NCBI RefSeq assembly: GCF_006345805.1
Contig: NC_043008.1
Coordinates: forward strand, 50,344,001 to 50,408,000
Direction: 5' to 3'
DNA: 64,000 nt
Source: Octopus sinensis
Lineage: Eukaryota
Part shown: piece by piece, positions 52,190 to 64,000 of the stretch
Numbering within the stretch: position 1 is the first letter of the stretch
How the letters are laid out: each line of letters begins with the position of its first letter
Notes under the pieces: model-generated
Database searches by the model: none
Told to the model about the DNA's origin: nothing
The model's input: only the letters and a program-made list of their open reading frames with translations
Program-made: the position numbers and the translations under genes

Positions 52190-53070
52190 TAATCCTTTCT
52201 ACTATAGACACGAGGCCTTGAACTTGTGGATAGTGGGGATAGTTGACCACATCGACCCCAGTACTTGACTGGTGCCTAATTTATCTACCCCGAAAGGATG
52301 GAAGGCAAAGTTGACTATCGCAGAATTTGAACTTGGAACATACAGACGAAATGCCACGAAGCATTTTGCACAGAGTGCTAATGATTCTGCCATCTCACTG
52401 CCTTCATTTGCTGTTTAACAATATTAACCCTTAACCCTTTAGCATTTAAATAGGCTATATCCAGCCTAAATATTCTACTTGTTTTCTGTCCAAACCAGCT
52501 ACATCTGACCCCTCACACCTACCCTACAATGTCATTCTAAAAACAGTTGCACCATCATAATCTTGAAGCTACAAGATAATGCATGATTAAATTAAAACAC
52601 TGTGAATCAATAGAGTAATCTGAATGCAAAAGGGTTAAAGTAATGAGCTGGCAGAATTGTAAGCATGCCAGGTGAAATGCTTAGAGGCATTCCAACTGTC
52701 TTTATGTTCTGAGTTCAAATTCCACTGAGGTCAACTTTGCCTTCCATCCTTTTGGGGTCGATAAAATAAGTATCAGTTGAACACTAGGGTTGATGTAATT
52801 GACTTACTCCTAACCCCAAATTGCTGGCTTTGTACCTAAATTTGAAACCAATAATATTAACCCTTTTGTTATCATATTTCTATTTAAATTCACTGCCATC
52901 GTTTCTATATTTTTTTTTTAATTATGAAGAATTTAATATAATAATTGTCATAATTAAGATGTTTTTTGGAACTTAACATGAAATTTTGGCAGATGGTTTT
53001 TGATTTAAAGCAGGAAATTTGTATCATAATAGCCAGGGAGTTTCAGGTATGTTGGTATCAGAAGGATTAA
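52190..53070. mobile_element. cluster: SINE B (-, 52190-52405), piggyBac MITE (52431-52638), SINE B (+, 52644-52852), second piggyBac-like MITE (52857-53070)
   Basis: Family sequences plus TTAA-CCCTTT...A(A)GG-TTAA-type ends. Confidence 0.75.
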
Positions 53071-55544
53071 ACTGCATCAGAAAGTCAGGATTGACAAAGC
53101 TGGGAACACAGCTAATGTCTCTGTTATACTCAAGGCATGATCACACCTAATGTACACATCTGGGCAGGTTATTATGGTAATTTTTCATTGCCCAGGCACT
53201 GTAGTTACCTTCCCATAATGTCATTCAGATAAGTAGCAGAACCATATGTGCATTTCAAATGGAAAATTCATAAATTAATTCATTTTCTGTTGCTAATTAA
53301 AGCTGTTCTGTTCTGATAGACATATAAAAACATTTTGCATGGTAGTTCATGTGTTCATATGCATGTAACATGAGGGAATGTCTGTGCCTGCCATTCACAA
53401 AATGTGAACTCAAAACAGCTGTAGAGAATAGAGTTTATTTTACAATTAAATCTCATGGTGAATCATGGTATTTAGTTATGGCATCTTGGGCAGTTATCCT
53501 CTACTTTGGTCCAGGGCGACCAGTTACTTTATGGGAGGTATTGATTGATAAAAACTATTAAATCTCTCTCTCTCTCTCTCTCTCTATCTCTATCTCTCTC
53601 TCTCTCACACACACACAGACATATTTGTACAGAAGTTGTCATTGCCATTCCTTCACATGAGGCTGCCTTCCATTAAAAAAGGGTTTTGCTATGCTTGGAT
53701 TCCCAGTAAACATTATATGTTGTTTTGCTACTTAGTGGAGTAAACAAAAATCCCTTCTATTGAGAATAGTTAAGGGAGGGAGAGCATTCAGTCTTGAAAT
53801 ATGAAGAATCCATCCTACCTGTGCCAGCAAGATACAAAGTAAATGAATATGCTTGTGCATACATACGTATGAATGTACCTACGTATGTATGTATACTATC
53901 CTTGAAGCCGCCCTTTGGATGGCATTCAGGCTAGCTCCTGCCGAGGGCACCTTTGAGGCCTTGGGTCCCACTATTGGGCTGCTTTGCGGCCCTTTACTCT
54001 TGTGTAATGAAACATATTTGTGCAAATATGCTAAGCATTGATGCTGATCATAGTTTAATCAATAAGCGTAGGAGTGAGGTAAATACAGTAAAAATCGTGG
54101 GTGGGGCCCCATTTAAGTGGCCCTTCAGAAATTGAACCTCCTTACAATACTTCCTGGGAGTTCATGGTATGAAATTCATTGTCATTGCTCCAATTTGGTT
54201 GGTAATGCCATGTATTTAGTTTAAAATGCAATACAAATAGGAAGGGTCAGTGGGGCCCCAATTAGGGGACCTTAAAAAATAGACCCCCCCCTCATAGTAC
54301 TTTCCCTGGGATTAGAGGAGTTGCTGGTTTGAGTTTCGTTGTCCTTGCACCAATGGTCCTGGATGAGTTAACAAACATAAAAACGAAATAGACAGAAAAA
54401 CATCACTCAAATTTATATTAAAGTAAAAATAACAAAACAAGAAGCTGGTAAATTTTTTTGTATTTATTCACCATTACAGATGTTCTATTTGTTAATACGG
54501 ATCGCAAAGTTGTAGATGCTGGAAAAACATCTAAGAAATTTGCTGTTAGAAATTCTTCAAACGCTTCATCCAGATGTAAATTAGTATTATTTAATTCTCT
54601 GTCTGAAGAATTTCTAAGCAGGAAGTTTCTTTCATGTCTTTCCACCATGTACAACTTTGATTCCTATCAGCAAATGAAACATATGTAATGGTGAATAAAT
54701 AATGTCAAAAAATTTCCCAACTTTCTGTTTTGTTATATAATAACTCTACAAGCAATATTTCTAGAATTTTCAACTCTGCGATGTAACCCACATTAATACA
54801 ACTAACACATATGGATTGTAATAATGGAATAAGCAGATGTGCTTCAAGAGGACACAGCTTGGATTTTACCCTACCTATATACACATATATATATACATAT
54901 ACATACACATATATATGATGGCTGTAACTTAGTTTTGGGCTATGTTATTACTCTGTTGTTCTCGTAAACATGCGCCGCATGGGTGTGGTCTTTCAGTGTT
55001 GCTAAGGACCGACACTATTTTAACAAAGATGAGTGCCTTTTGCAACAAATATTTGGAGAGTTACCACCCATGCTGACACATACTTTCATTCCATCATGGG
55101 ATTTTCAATTGAATGTTTTGCCATTCTTGGTTATGGCCAGCCACTGTATGTAACACATAAGAGAGATTTTAAAAATCAAGTGTTGTCTGTGCCTGAAGCA
55201 CTTTAAAGTGAAGAAAAGCCTTGCACAGGGCATACCCCACCCTCTAAACTTGTATTCGTTTCCTCACAAAAATGAACTAGTTTACATCATTGGAGGCAAA
55301 TGAAGTTGCAGGGTTACATCTAAATTATTGTTGAGTCTAAGCAAAGACTTGTGGTCTTTCACTACTAGTAATTGGATGGCTGTTGACACTACTGAGTTAA
55401 CCTGCCCTTTGATAGGGTTTTTATCTGGCAGGGTGTCCAAACAAAACCACCTTCCTTACAAAGTAGGTTTGCCAGTTTACCTGTTGACAACATGACTGTG
55501 CGACAGATTGTACTGGGTTATATACATATATATATATATATATA

Positions 55545-55903
55545 CTTTTACTTGTTTCAGTCATTTGACTGTGACCATGCTGGAGCATCACCTTTAATCA
55601 AGCAAATCAGGACTTATTCTTTGTAAGCCTAGTATTTATTCTATCGGTCCCTTTTGCCGAATCGCTATGTTACACCAGCATCGGTTGTCAAGTGATGTTG
55701 GGGAGACAAACACAGATACATAAACATATACACACACATATATATATTCATATATATGATGGGCTTCCTTCAGTTTCTGTCTACCAGATCCACTCACGAG
55801 GCTATAGTAGAAGACACTTGCCGAAGGTGCCATGCAATGGGACTGAACCCGGAACCATGTGGTTGGTAAGCAAGCTACTTACCACACAGCTACTCCAATG
55901 CCT
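55545..55903 (-). mobile_element. SINE family A with internal deletions
   Basis: Reverse complement of family A. Confidence 0.8.
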
Positions 55904-55910
55904 ATACACA

Positions 55911-56069
55911 CTTTATTATTTTAAGCGGCAAAAACATCACAAAAAAACTGCTACTCAGAGTTTCACATTCATTTGACAGTTGTGATTGAGATCTCAATCA
56001 CAACTGTCCAATGAATGTCAAACTCTGAGTAGCAGTTTTTGTGATGTTTTTGCAGCTTTAACAATAAAG
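55911..56069. repeat. spacer-less palindrome (about 160 bp) centred on GAGATCTC
   Basis: AAAAACATCACAAAAA..CTGCTACTCAGAGTTT..ACAGTTGTGATTGAG|ATCTCAATCACAACTGT..AAACTCTGAGTAGCAGTTTTTGTGATGTTTTT. Confidence 0.9.
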
Positions 56070-56124
56070 CATATTACTCTACCTCTAGTATTTGAGTACT
56101 ATTTTTCCCACCTTGTTTCACATT

Positions 56125-56158
<34 letters not shown>

Positions 56159-56492
56159 CATACAGTTTCAATATATACAATATGCTATGTGTATGTGTGT
56201 ATATATATATATATGTATACATACATACACATATATATATATACTTTTTCTTTGTGAGTTTGAAGTTGCTGAATTTGCTCCAATTTATAAAATTTACTTT
56301 CTAAATCATTTGACACAAGCTAGAATCATTCTGTTTATGTTTTGTATTTGTCTCATAATGCTTAATGAAACAGCTTGAAGTGTTCTAAATTATTCAACAG
56401 AATTTCTACTTTGTTGCTATAACAGCATCTCTACTTAGTTGTTCTAGAAAAAGAGGGTGAAGGAGAGAGAGAGAGAGAGAGAGAGATAACTA

Positions 56493-56524
<32 letters not shown>

Positions 56525-56527
<3 letters not shown>

Positions 56528-56873
56528 AAGAGAGAGAGAGAAAGATAGTGTTGCTTTGGGAGATAATGGCAGATAGGCTGAGAGATATTTGAATGAGACA
56601 GAGACAGATAAGTAAAAGGAGGAGAAAGATTGAAAAAGCAAAATATATTAGAAAAGAAAGAAGTAGGCATAAATACATACATACATACACACACACACAC
56701 CACACACACACACACACACACAGAGAATAAGAGAGAGAGAGAAAGATAGTGTTGCTTTGGGAGATAATGGCAGATAGGCTGAGAGATATTTGAATGAGAC
56801 AGAGACAGATAAGTAAAAGGAGGAGAAAGATTGAAAAAGCAAAATATATTAGAAAAGAAAGAAGTAGGCATAA

Positions 56874-56931
<58 letters not shown>

Positions 56932-57125
56932 TTGTGTGTGTGTGTGTATATATATATGTATGTGCATATGTATCTATATATTTGTGTGTGTGTGTATATA
57001 TATATGTATGTGCATATGTATCTATATATTTGTGTGTGTGTGTATATATATGTATGTGCATATGTATCTATATATTTGTGTGTGTGTGTATATATATGTA
57101 TGTGCATATGTATCTATATTTGTGT
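56525..57125. repeat. two copies of a 201-bp direct repeat followed by a minisatellite of about 39 bp
   Basis: AATAAGAGAG...GAAGTAGGCATAAATAC at 56525 and 56726; repeated GTATGTGCATATGTATCTATAT units. Confidence 0.9.
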
Positions 57126-57157
57126 GTGTATATATATATATATGTGTGTGTGTGTGC

Positions 57158-57195
<38 letters not shown>

Positions 57196-58028
57196 TTTTA
57201 TGTGTATTTTTACCAGGTTGTGCTATTTATACATGGCCTGGGCCTATGCTGGCCAAAACCTATCAAAGTTACACATATATATGTATTTTTATGTGTATAT
57301 ATATGTATATTTGTGTGTGTGTCTGTATATATATATATATATATATACACATATATGAGAGAGAGAGAGAGAGTTGAAAAGACATAGATATGGAATGCTA
57401 TTAGGTATGAAAGAGAAATCTTACTGAGAAGAGAAGATAGAGAAAGAATTGGAGATATATGGAGACAGAGTATAAGACAGTGGGAAGTAGAAAGACAGAA
57501 AGGGGGAGAGAAAAACAGAGAGCAGGTATGTAGGCAAAATGTTTTAAAAACCCAGAAGCAGTTTAAGAGGAGGAGAGAGTAAATGATAGAAGGATATCGA
57601 TATATATTTTAAAGTTCATTCTGCATTCTTAAATCTTATCTTGCATATAATAAAATGCTATGTGTTTCACATAAGTCACAGTGGCAGAGGTAAGCTAAAG
57701 CAATAAATAGTGAGTGATAGTGAGAGGTTTACTCAGAAATCATTTTGCAAACTTTTATTCGAAATAATATTTACACACAAGCATCATCATCATTTGATGT
57801 CCGTATATTTTCTATACGTCCAAATAGAAAATAACGCACAAGTGTTCAAATGATTTTAACTTAACCTTAGAAATCTTTATTGAGGACTGGGTCTGTGGGG
57901 TAAAGGGTGGCTATAAGAGAAATCCAGGTGAGCTGATATGCAGGTAGTGATGCAGATAAACATGATTAAGTATGATGTGTATATGGTGGTTGTCTACTCC
58001 TTATGCAGAGTTTGACCACCTCCTGTAC

Positions 58029-58600
58029 CTATACCTTAGAACCATCATGGCATCTGATGTGGCTTTTTAAACCAGACAATGTTTTGAAAAGACACCCACA
58101 TAGATTGCATATCTGATTTGATCCACCAAGAGCTGCAGATAAGTTCAGGTCTTTGTGGATCTTACAATGTCTTTTGAAGTCTTTTTGCAAACCTTCTGGC
58201 ATACATTGCACTGAAAGGTGTGCACAGACATAGGCAGAATAGTTGGTGGAGGTTCGTTTTTCCATGGGTTTGCAAATGAAAAGAAAGGCATGGTCTGTCA
58301 AACTGCATACAAAAAGGTCATTGTGATTCACCTCGATCGTAACATTCTTCCTTCTTCCTTTAATCTAATGCCATTCCTGTCGTCAACCCTCACCTGGAAG
58401 CAGACAATAAAGCAAACTGGGCTGGACAAATGCCCAATCTCTAATTTTTCCTCACTATCTTCTCACACTGTTTTGAACATATCCACTCACCCTTCCTAAT
58501 CCTTGGTCCATACTTTCTCTTGTATTCGTCTTCTTGTACCTTGAGAATAGGTCCTGACCATCATCTTGCAGCTAGTCCCACCATCTCTTATGTAATGCAA
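58029..58600 (-). mobile_element. RTE-clade LINE 3' coding remnant with terminal C2H2 finger
   Basis: ICNLCGCLFKTLSGLKSHIRCH; upstream RPILKVQE..IQEK resembles the decayed RTE 'GRP..R.KD' region. Confidence 0.65.
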
Positions 58601-59221
58601 ATTAACCATGTATCTCTTTTATAGCAAGACACATGCACCTGTCTCTCTATCACACTTGAGCCTGTCAATAGCTGACATAAAAGTAAAGCCACTTACCCTT
58701 CTGTACTACAACCCCACTCAGCTGATGTGTGTATGTGTATATATATATATATATCATCATCATCGTTTAACGTCCGTTCTCCATGCTAGCATGGGTTGGA
58801 CGGTTCGACCGGGGATCTGGGAAGCCAGAAGGCTGCACCAGGCTCCAGTCTTATCTGGCAGTGTTTCTACAGCTGGATGCCCTTCCTGACGCCAACCACT
58901 CCGTGAGTGTAGTGGGTGCTTTTTACGTGCCACCTGCACAGGTGCCAGGCGAGGCTGGCAACGGCCACGGTCGGATTGGTGTATTTTATGTGCCACCGGC
59001 ACGGAAGCCAGACGAGGCGGTGCTGGCATCTGCCACGAGTCGATATATATATATATATAACTTACCGCAACTGCGGTAAGTACGAAATCACAGGTGATAC
59101 AAGACTAAATTCATTTTTAAATGTCTTGCTTTGAAAAATTGCATTCGGTATGATTAGTAAAATTTTTGGTAGAAATGACTAATGTCCCTCTTAGCGTGTG
59201 GCATGTATGTGTAATAATGCC

Positions 59222-59282
<61 letters not shown>

Positions 59283-59369
59283 TATTCGAGACAAAACCAC
59301 TATTTTGCAAAACAAACAAGGAAAGACTTAATTAATACATAAAATTTTAATAAATAGTCAAAAAAACCG

Positions 59370-59412
59370 CCACTACAATCGTTTCTTGTCTTGATCGACA
59401 ATCTTCAGGTGG
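59370..59412 (-). ncRNA. type I hammerhead ribozyme, mirror of 60909-60951
   Basis: Exact reverse complement. Confidence 0.75.
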
Positions 59413-59834
59413 ACTTCAATTCATTATTGCTCTAGCATATCATTGATACACTTTCATCCACTTCTACATACAAATACATCATCATCATTGTCACCATTAT
59501 CATCATCACTTAACGTCTGGTTTCCATGCTGGCATGGGTTGGACAGTTCAATTGCAGTTGGCAAACCAGAGGAGTGCATCGACCTCTATTATCTGCTTTG
59601 GTATGGTCTCTATTGTTGGGTGCCCTTCCTCAGATCAACTACTTTGCAGGGTGTACTGGGTGCCTTTTACGTGACATCATCACTGGTGTGGTTACCAAGT
59701 ACCTTCACCTTTTCCTCCATGGCAGGTCATGTTTTCATGCTGTTGTTATCCGTAGATTTATTGCAGGAACTTTGTCATAGCAGTTGGGGTAACAGTCTAA
59801 TAAAATAGATGGAATGAGTAAAATATTTTATTAG

Positions 59835-59876
59835 GTACGACACATGTTTCGACCTGTTCTGAGTCTCTTCGGGTAC
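59835..59876 (-). ncRNA. hammerhead variant, mirror of 60443-60484
   Basis: Exact reverse complement. Confidence 0.65.
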
Positions 59877-60442
59877 ATCTATAAACAGAGTCTAACTAGA
59901 GATTTTCTGATTCGGTTTTACATACTGCTCCATGTCCATCACCAGAGGAACATAAATTTCCAAACAGTTCTTATTCAAAGTGATAAGTTCTCAGAGAGTA
60001 GATACATTTTCCAAAATTTGAGCAGGTGGAAGTCTTCTTGCAACTGCTGCGATAATTATTAACTGGTAATTGAACGGTAAATGTGTATTTTTATATACCT
60101 TGGACTTGCCACCTCAATGTTTTTTGTCAAGAGTTTCACCTCCAGCCGTTCCTGTTGACTGACATAACGAACGGCTGGAGGTGAAACTCTTGACAAAAAA
60201 CATTGAGGTGGCAAGTCCAAGGTATATAAAAATACACATTTACCGTTCAATTACCAGTAATAATTATCGCAGCAGTTGCAAGAAGACTTCCACCTGCTCA
60301 AATTTTGGAAAATGTATCTACTCTCTGAGAACTTATCACTTTGAATAAGAACTGTTTGGAAATTTATGTTCCTCTGGTGATGGACATGGAGCAGTATGTA
60401 AAACCGAATCAGAAAATCTCTAGTTAGACTCTGTTTATAGAT

Positions 60443-60484
60443 GTACCCGAAGAGACTCAGAACAGGTCGAAACATGTGTCGTAC
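60443..60484 (+). ncRNA. minimal type I hammerhead, core U4C variant
   Basis: GUAC-CCGAAGA-GACU-cagaaca-GGUC-GAAA-C-AUGU-GUC-GUAC. Confidence 0.7.
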
Positions 60485-60908
60485 CTAATAAAATATTTTA
60501 CTCATTCCATCTATTTTATTAAGACTGTTACCCCAACTGCTATGACAAAGTTCCTGCAATAAATCTACGGATAACAACAGCATGAAAACATGACCTGCCA
60601 TGGAGGAAAAGGTGAAGGTACTTGGTAACCACACCAGTGATGATGTCACGTAAAAGGCACCCAGTACACCCTGCAAAGTAGTTGATCTGAGGAAGGGCAC
60701 CCAACAATAGAGACCATACCAAAGCAGATAATAGAGGTCGATGCACTCCTCTGGTTTGCCAACTGCAATTGAACTGTCCAACCCATGCCAGCATGGAAAC
60801 CAGACGTTAAGTGATGATGATAATGGTGACAATGATGATGATGTATTTGTATGTAGAAGTGGATGAAAGTGTATCAATGATATGCTAGAGCAATAATGAA
60901 TTGGAAGT

Positions 60909-60951
60909 CCACCTGAAGATTGTCGATCAAGACAAGAAACGATTGTAGTGG
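60909..60951 (+). ncRNA. minimal type I hammerhead ribozyme, intact core
   Basis: CCAC-CUGAAGA-UUGUC-gaucaa-GACAA-GAAA-C-gauu-GUA-GUGG; all three stems close. Confidence 0.8.
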
Positions 60952-61122
60952 CGGTTTTTTTGACTATTTATTAAAATTTTATGTATTAATTAAGTCTTTC
61001 CTTGTTTGTTTTGCAAAATAGTGGTTTTGTCTCGAATAATATTTTATAATATTTTACTATAAAATTGATTTAATCCTAAATCTGATTTTTTCCCTGTAAA
61101 TTTGGATTTATTCCCTAATATT

Positions 61123-61161
<39 letters not shown>

Positions 61162-61343
61162 GATTATCTTTATAACAACCAGTTTTGCATGTTTGCTTGT
61201 GTGAAACAGAATTCATTGAGGCAGATATTCTATGGCTGTATACCTTTCTTGTTAACACTCACTCTTTTTCAAGCAAGGTAATATTTCTCAGTCATTAGAG
61301 ACATGTTTTCAAGAGGAAATGAATGACAGTGACATGCATTTGT

Positions 61344-61408
<65 letters not shown>

Positions 61409-62098
61409 ACGCATACACACACACACACACACACAATGGCTTTCTAATAAGTAATTCAAAATTTGGCATAATGTTTTTTATTAATTGTCATAGGTTGTTA
61501 ATATTGCACATGTTGGTCAAATTACTCTTCTACACAAAGGTACTGCTGAACATAGACTCCAGCACTTGTGTTGCATTTGTGCCATCATTAAACCCAAGTC
61601 TCAAATTGACTTTGGAAAAGTTCAGGTGTACACTGTTATCTACCTCTTAGCTTTGTGTTTTTTATTGAATCATTGTCTTTGAAGACTGTAGGTTGGTGTC
61701 AGAGGTTGCCAAATTCAGCCTGCACAGCTGATGGGGACCATTGTCCAGCTCAGTTTACTTATCTGATTTGTTACCATAGATGTGTCTGGTTGTGCGTTGT
61801 CATGATGAATGTGGATCGGTTTCCAGTTGTAGAACCCATGCAACAACAGGCAATTGGAGTCTGACCCCCAAAACATGGTTCTGAAGTGAACTTCTTAAAC
61901 ATAGAGCCATATTTGTGCTTATCTCCATAGCTTTGCCTAAATTAAAACTCTTTTTCGAAAGTGTGCTCAAAGCAGCTGAGATAGAGGAATAGACACTTAT
62001 CTGTTGTGAAAATAGCACATAAGATTTTATCAGTGCCAAATATATGTATAGATAGACACTGAGAAATGTAAACATGCATTCTTGTGTGTCTTTTTACG

Positions 62099-62298
62099 TA
62101 TTTCTCTGTGGACAGAAAATGAGTGAGTAACTTGAGTCAGTTTGTGACTACAGTTGGAATCTTCTGAAGCTTTGCGCATCTCATTCTTTCCACAGATGAT
62201 GATTAATGCATCAGGAAGTTAACTCTTTTCCTGTCCACTGAGAATTACTCAACTAATATGTCAGTTCATTCATATTTCTTCTGTCCACAGAGAAATAC
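62099..62298. repeat. MITE-like element with 19-bp terminal inverted repeats
   Basis: TATTTCTCTGTGGACAGAA / TTCTGTCCACAGAGAAATA. Confidence 0.55.
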
Positions 62299-64000
62299 AT
62301 AGAAACACGTGTTTACAATTGTTTAGACATTTTCTTAGCTTTGGTTAAATCTTGAACTATTTTCAGTAGATACGTATTTCTGTTATATCTTGACAGCAGT
62401 TATGAGAAGTATTCCTTCTTTGCTGCCATGCCTCGTCTTTAACATCTCTTGTATTTGCTAATATTCTCAACACCCTCTCATATCTCCGTTATCCCCCACT
62501 TACTGTAGCCATCATTATGTTCCTTTACATCTCCCTCCCTGCCACTTTTACACCTTAAACATCATTTCTCCGCTTTCTGATTTATCCTCCTTCCCAAGCC
62601 ACATCTATCTCTCTCTCACCTTTCAACATTGGTACTACTCATTAACTGCACTTCCATTCTGGTTCATCACTCACTATATTGACCTTTGTCTCCATCTCTT
62701 CTAATATTCGCATGAAATACTCTCACTCCCCCCCATCCCTGATCCACTGTCCATATCATCTCTTATGCTCACCTTCTTGTATCTTGAGTGTCACCCTTTC
62801 ACTATCATTTTTATCTTCTCTCCAGCTACTCTCACTCTCTCATATAATGTGAGTTAGCAGTGTATCTCCTCCATAACAAGACACTTGTTCCTGTCTCTCT
62901 TATACTTTAGACTCTCAACACCTTGCATAAAGCCACTTCCCCACCTCTTATATTGTTCCTCTTCTTAGTTGAGGGGACTTTTTCCTTTTCTTTTCCTGTC
63001 TTGCAAGTTACTTGGTGACCTCACTAGTGCCACTGGCATGAAAAGAAGCACCCGGTGCACACTGTCAATTAGTTGGCATTAGGAAGGGTATCCAGCCATA
63101 GACACCATGCCAAGGCTGACACTGGAGCTCAATGCAGTCCTGCAAACTGCCATGGACAAAATGAAGTGTTTGTGGCCTTTGAGAAAGTCTTCTGCACTCC
63201 CTATTCCCCTGTACCCACTCATTTCTACTTAACTGCACCTTGAAAGGCTTCCATGAGATGAAATAGTGATTATCCTCATTATTACTATTTTGCCTCTTTC
63301 TACCATTGTCACTCTTCTGTCGTGAGAGTAACCTTGTAACTCCTCTACAGTAAGAAACTTGTTTTGTCAAAGCCCTTTCTCTCATACACCTCTCATCTCC
63401 TAGCATAAAACTTTCTCCCTTTCTACTGCTCAGTTGAAGGGTCTTCTTGTTCTTGTAAGTTGCATGGTAACTTCATTATGTCTTGTGCCATCAAAGTAAG
63501 CACTCAGTGAAATGGTTGGTGCTAGGAAGGGCATCCAGCTATAGAAATCATGCCAAAGTAAACAGTGGTGCATGGTGTAGTCTTTGGACCCATTAGATCC
63601 TGTGAAACCATTGTAGCCATGTCATCATAGAGCATAGATATTGATGATGATGATTGAACTCATTCACTTTTTGTCCATTGAGGAAAGAAGGGACACGTTC
63701 ATGTTTGTCAATGCAGATATGCACATTTATACAGTATCACTGAATCTTGTGTTACTTTTAGTAGAGATAAACCAAAAAGGGAGGAATCTTTCTGGCTGCT
63801 CAGTCTGTCAGGAATAGCAACCAGATTACTCTCATCACCCATCTACTTGACCATGTTTATTTAATAAACTGTGTAGTGGAGGATTGGGACCCACCAGATC
63901 ATATAGTCGTAGATACTTCTAAAGAGATGAGATCGTCGTGAACTGAATGCCTGCTTACATTTTCAGTTCTGACCTGGACAAGGGCAGTGTCACAGAAATT

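Larger units (their letters stand above)
59273..61048. repeat. near-perfect inverted duplication, arms about 880 bp, 17-nt spacer
   Basis: 59273-60151 versus 60169-61048; mirrored identical ORFs in the track. Only three 1-nt indels were noticed by eye. Confidence 0.95.

Noticed and set aside
59443-60877. Duplicated ORF pairs as a divergent gene pair
   Set aside because: They mirror each other only because of the inverted duplication and translate non-coding repeat sequence.

Overview
AT-rich, microsatellite-dense animal genomic DNA. The repeat families look most like those of an octopus (coleoid cephalopod); this is recognition only, not a database result. The only host gene is the 5' part of a CREB-regulated transcription coactivator (CRTC/TORC) on the + strand, with three phase-0 coding exons at 29984-30094, 36041-36148 and 48252-48356. 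The third intron opens with a perfect minor-spliceosome (U12-type) donor, GTATCCTTT; exon 4 was not found in the window. The rest is a patchwork of tRNA-derived SINEs, RTE LINE fragments, an R4/Dong-like RLE fragment, a Gypsy remnant, mariner, piggyBac, hAT and Chapaev3-like DNA transposon relics, and simple repeats. The most striking unannotated signal is a set of sequence-unrelated type I hammerhead ribozyme motifs of the minimal Penelope-element type. Most sit beside (TA)n tracts, and several are duplicated head-to-head as foldback palindromes of about 160, 280, 315 and 1780 bp. The largest lies in the presumed U12 intron of CRTC and carries two hammerheads per arm. Almost all listed ORFs are microsatellite or repeat artefacts.
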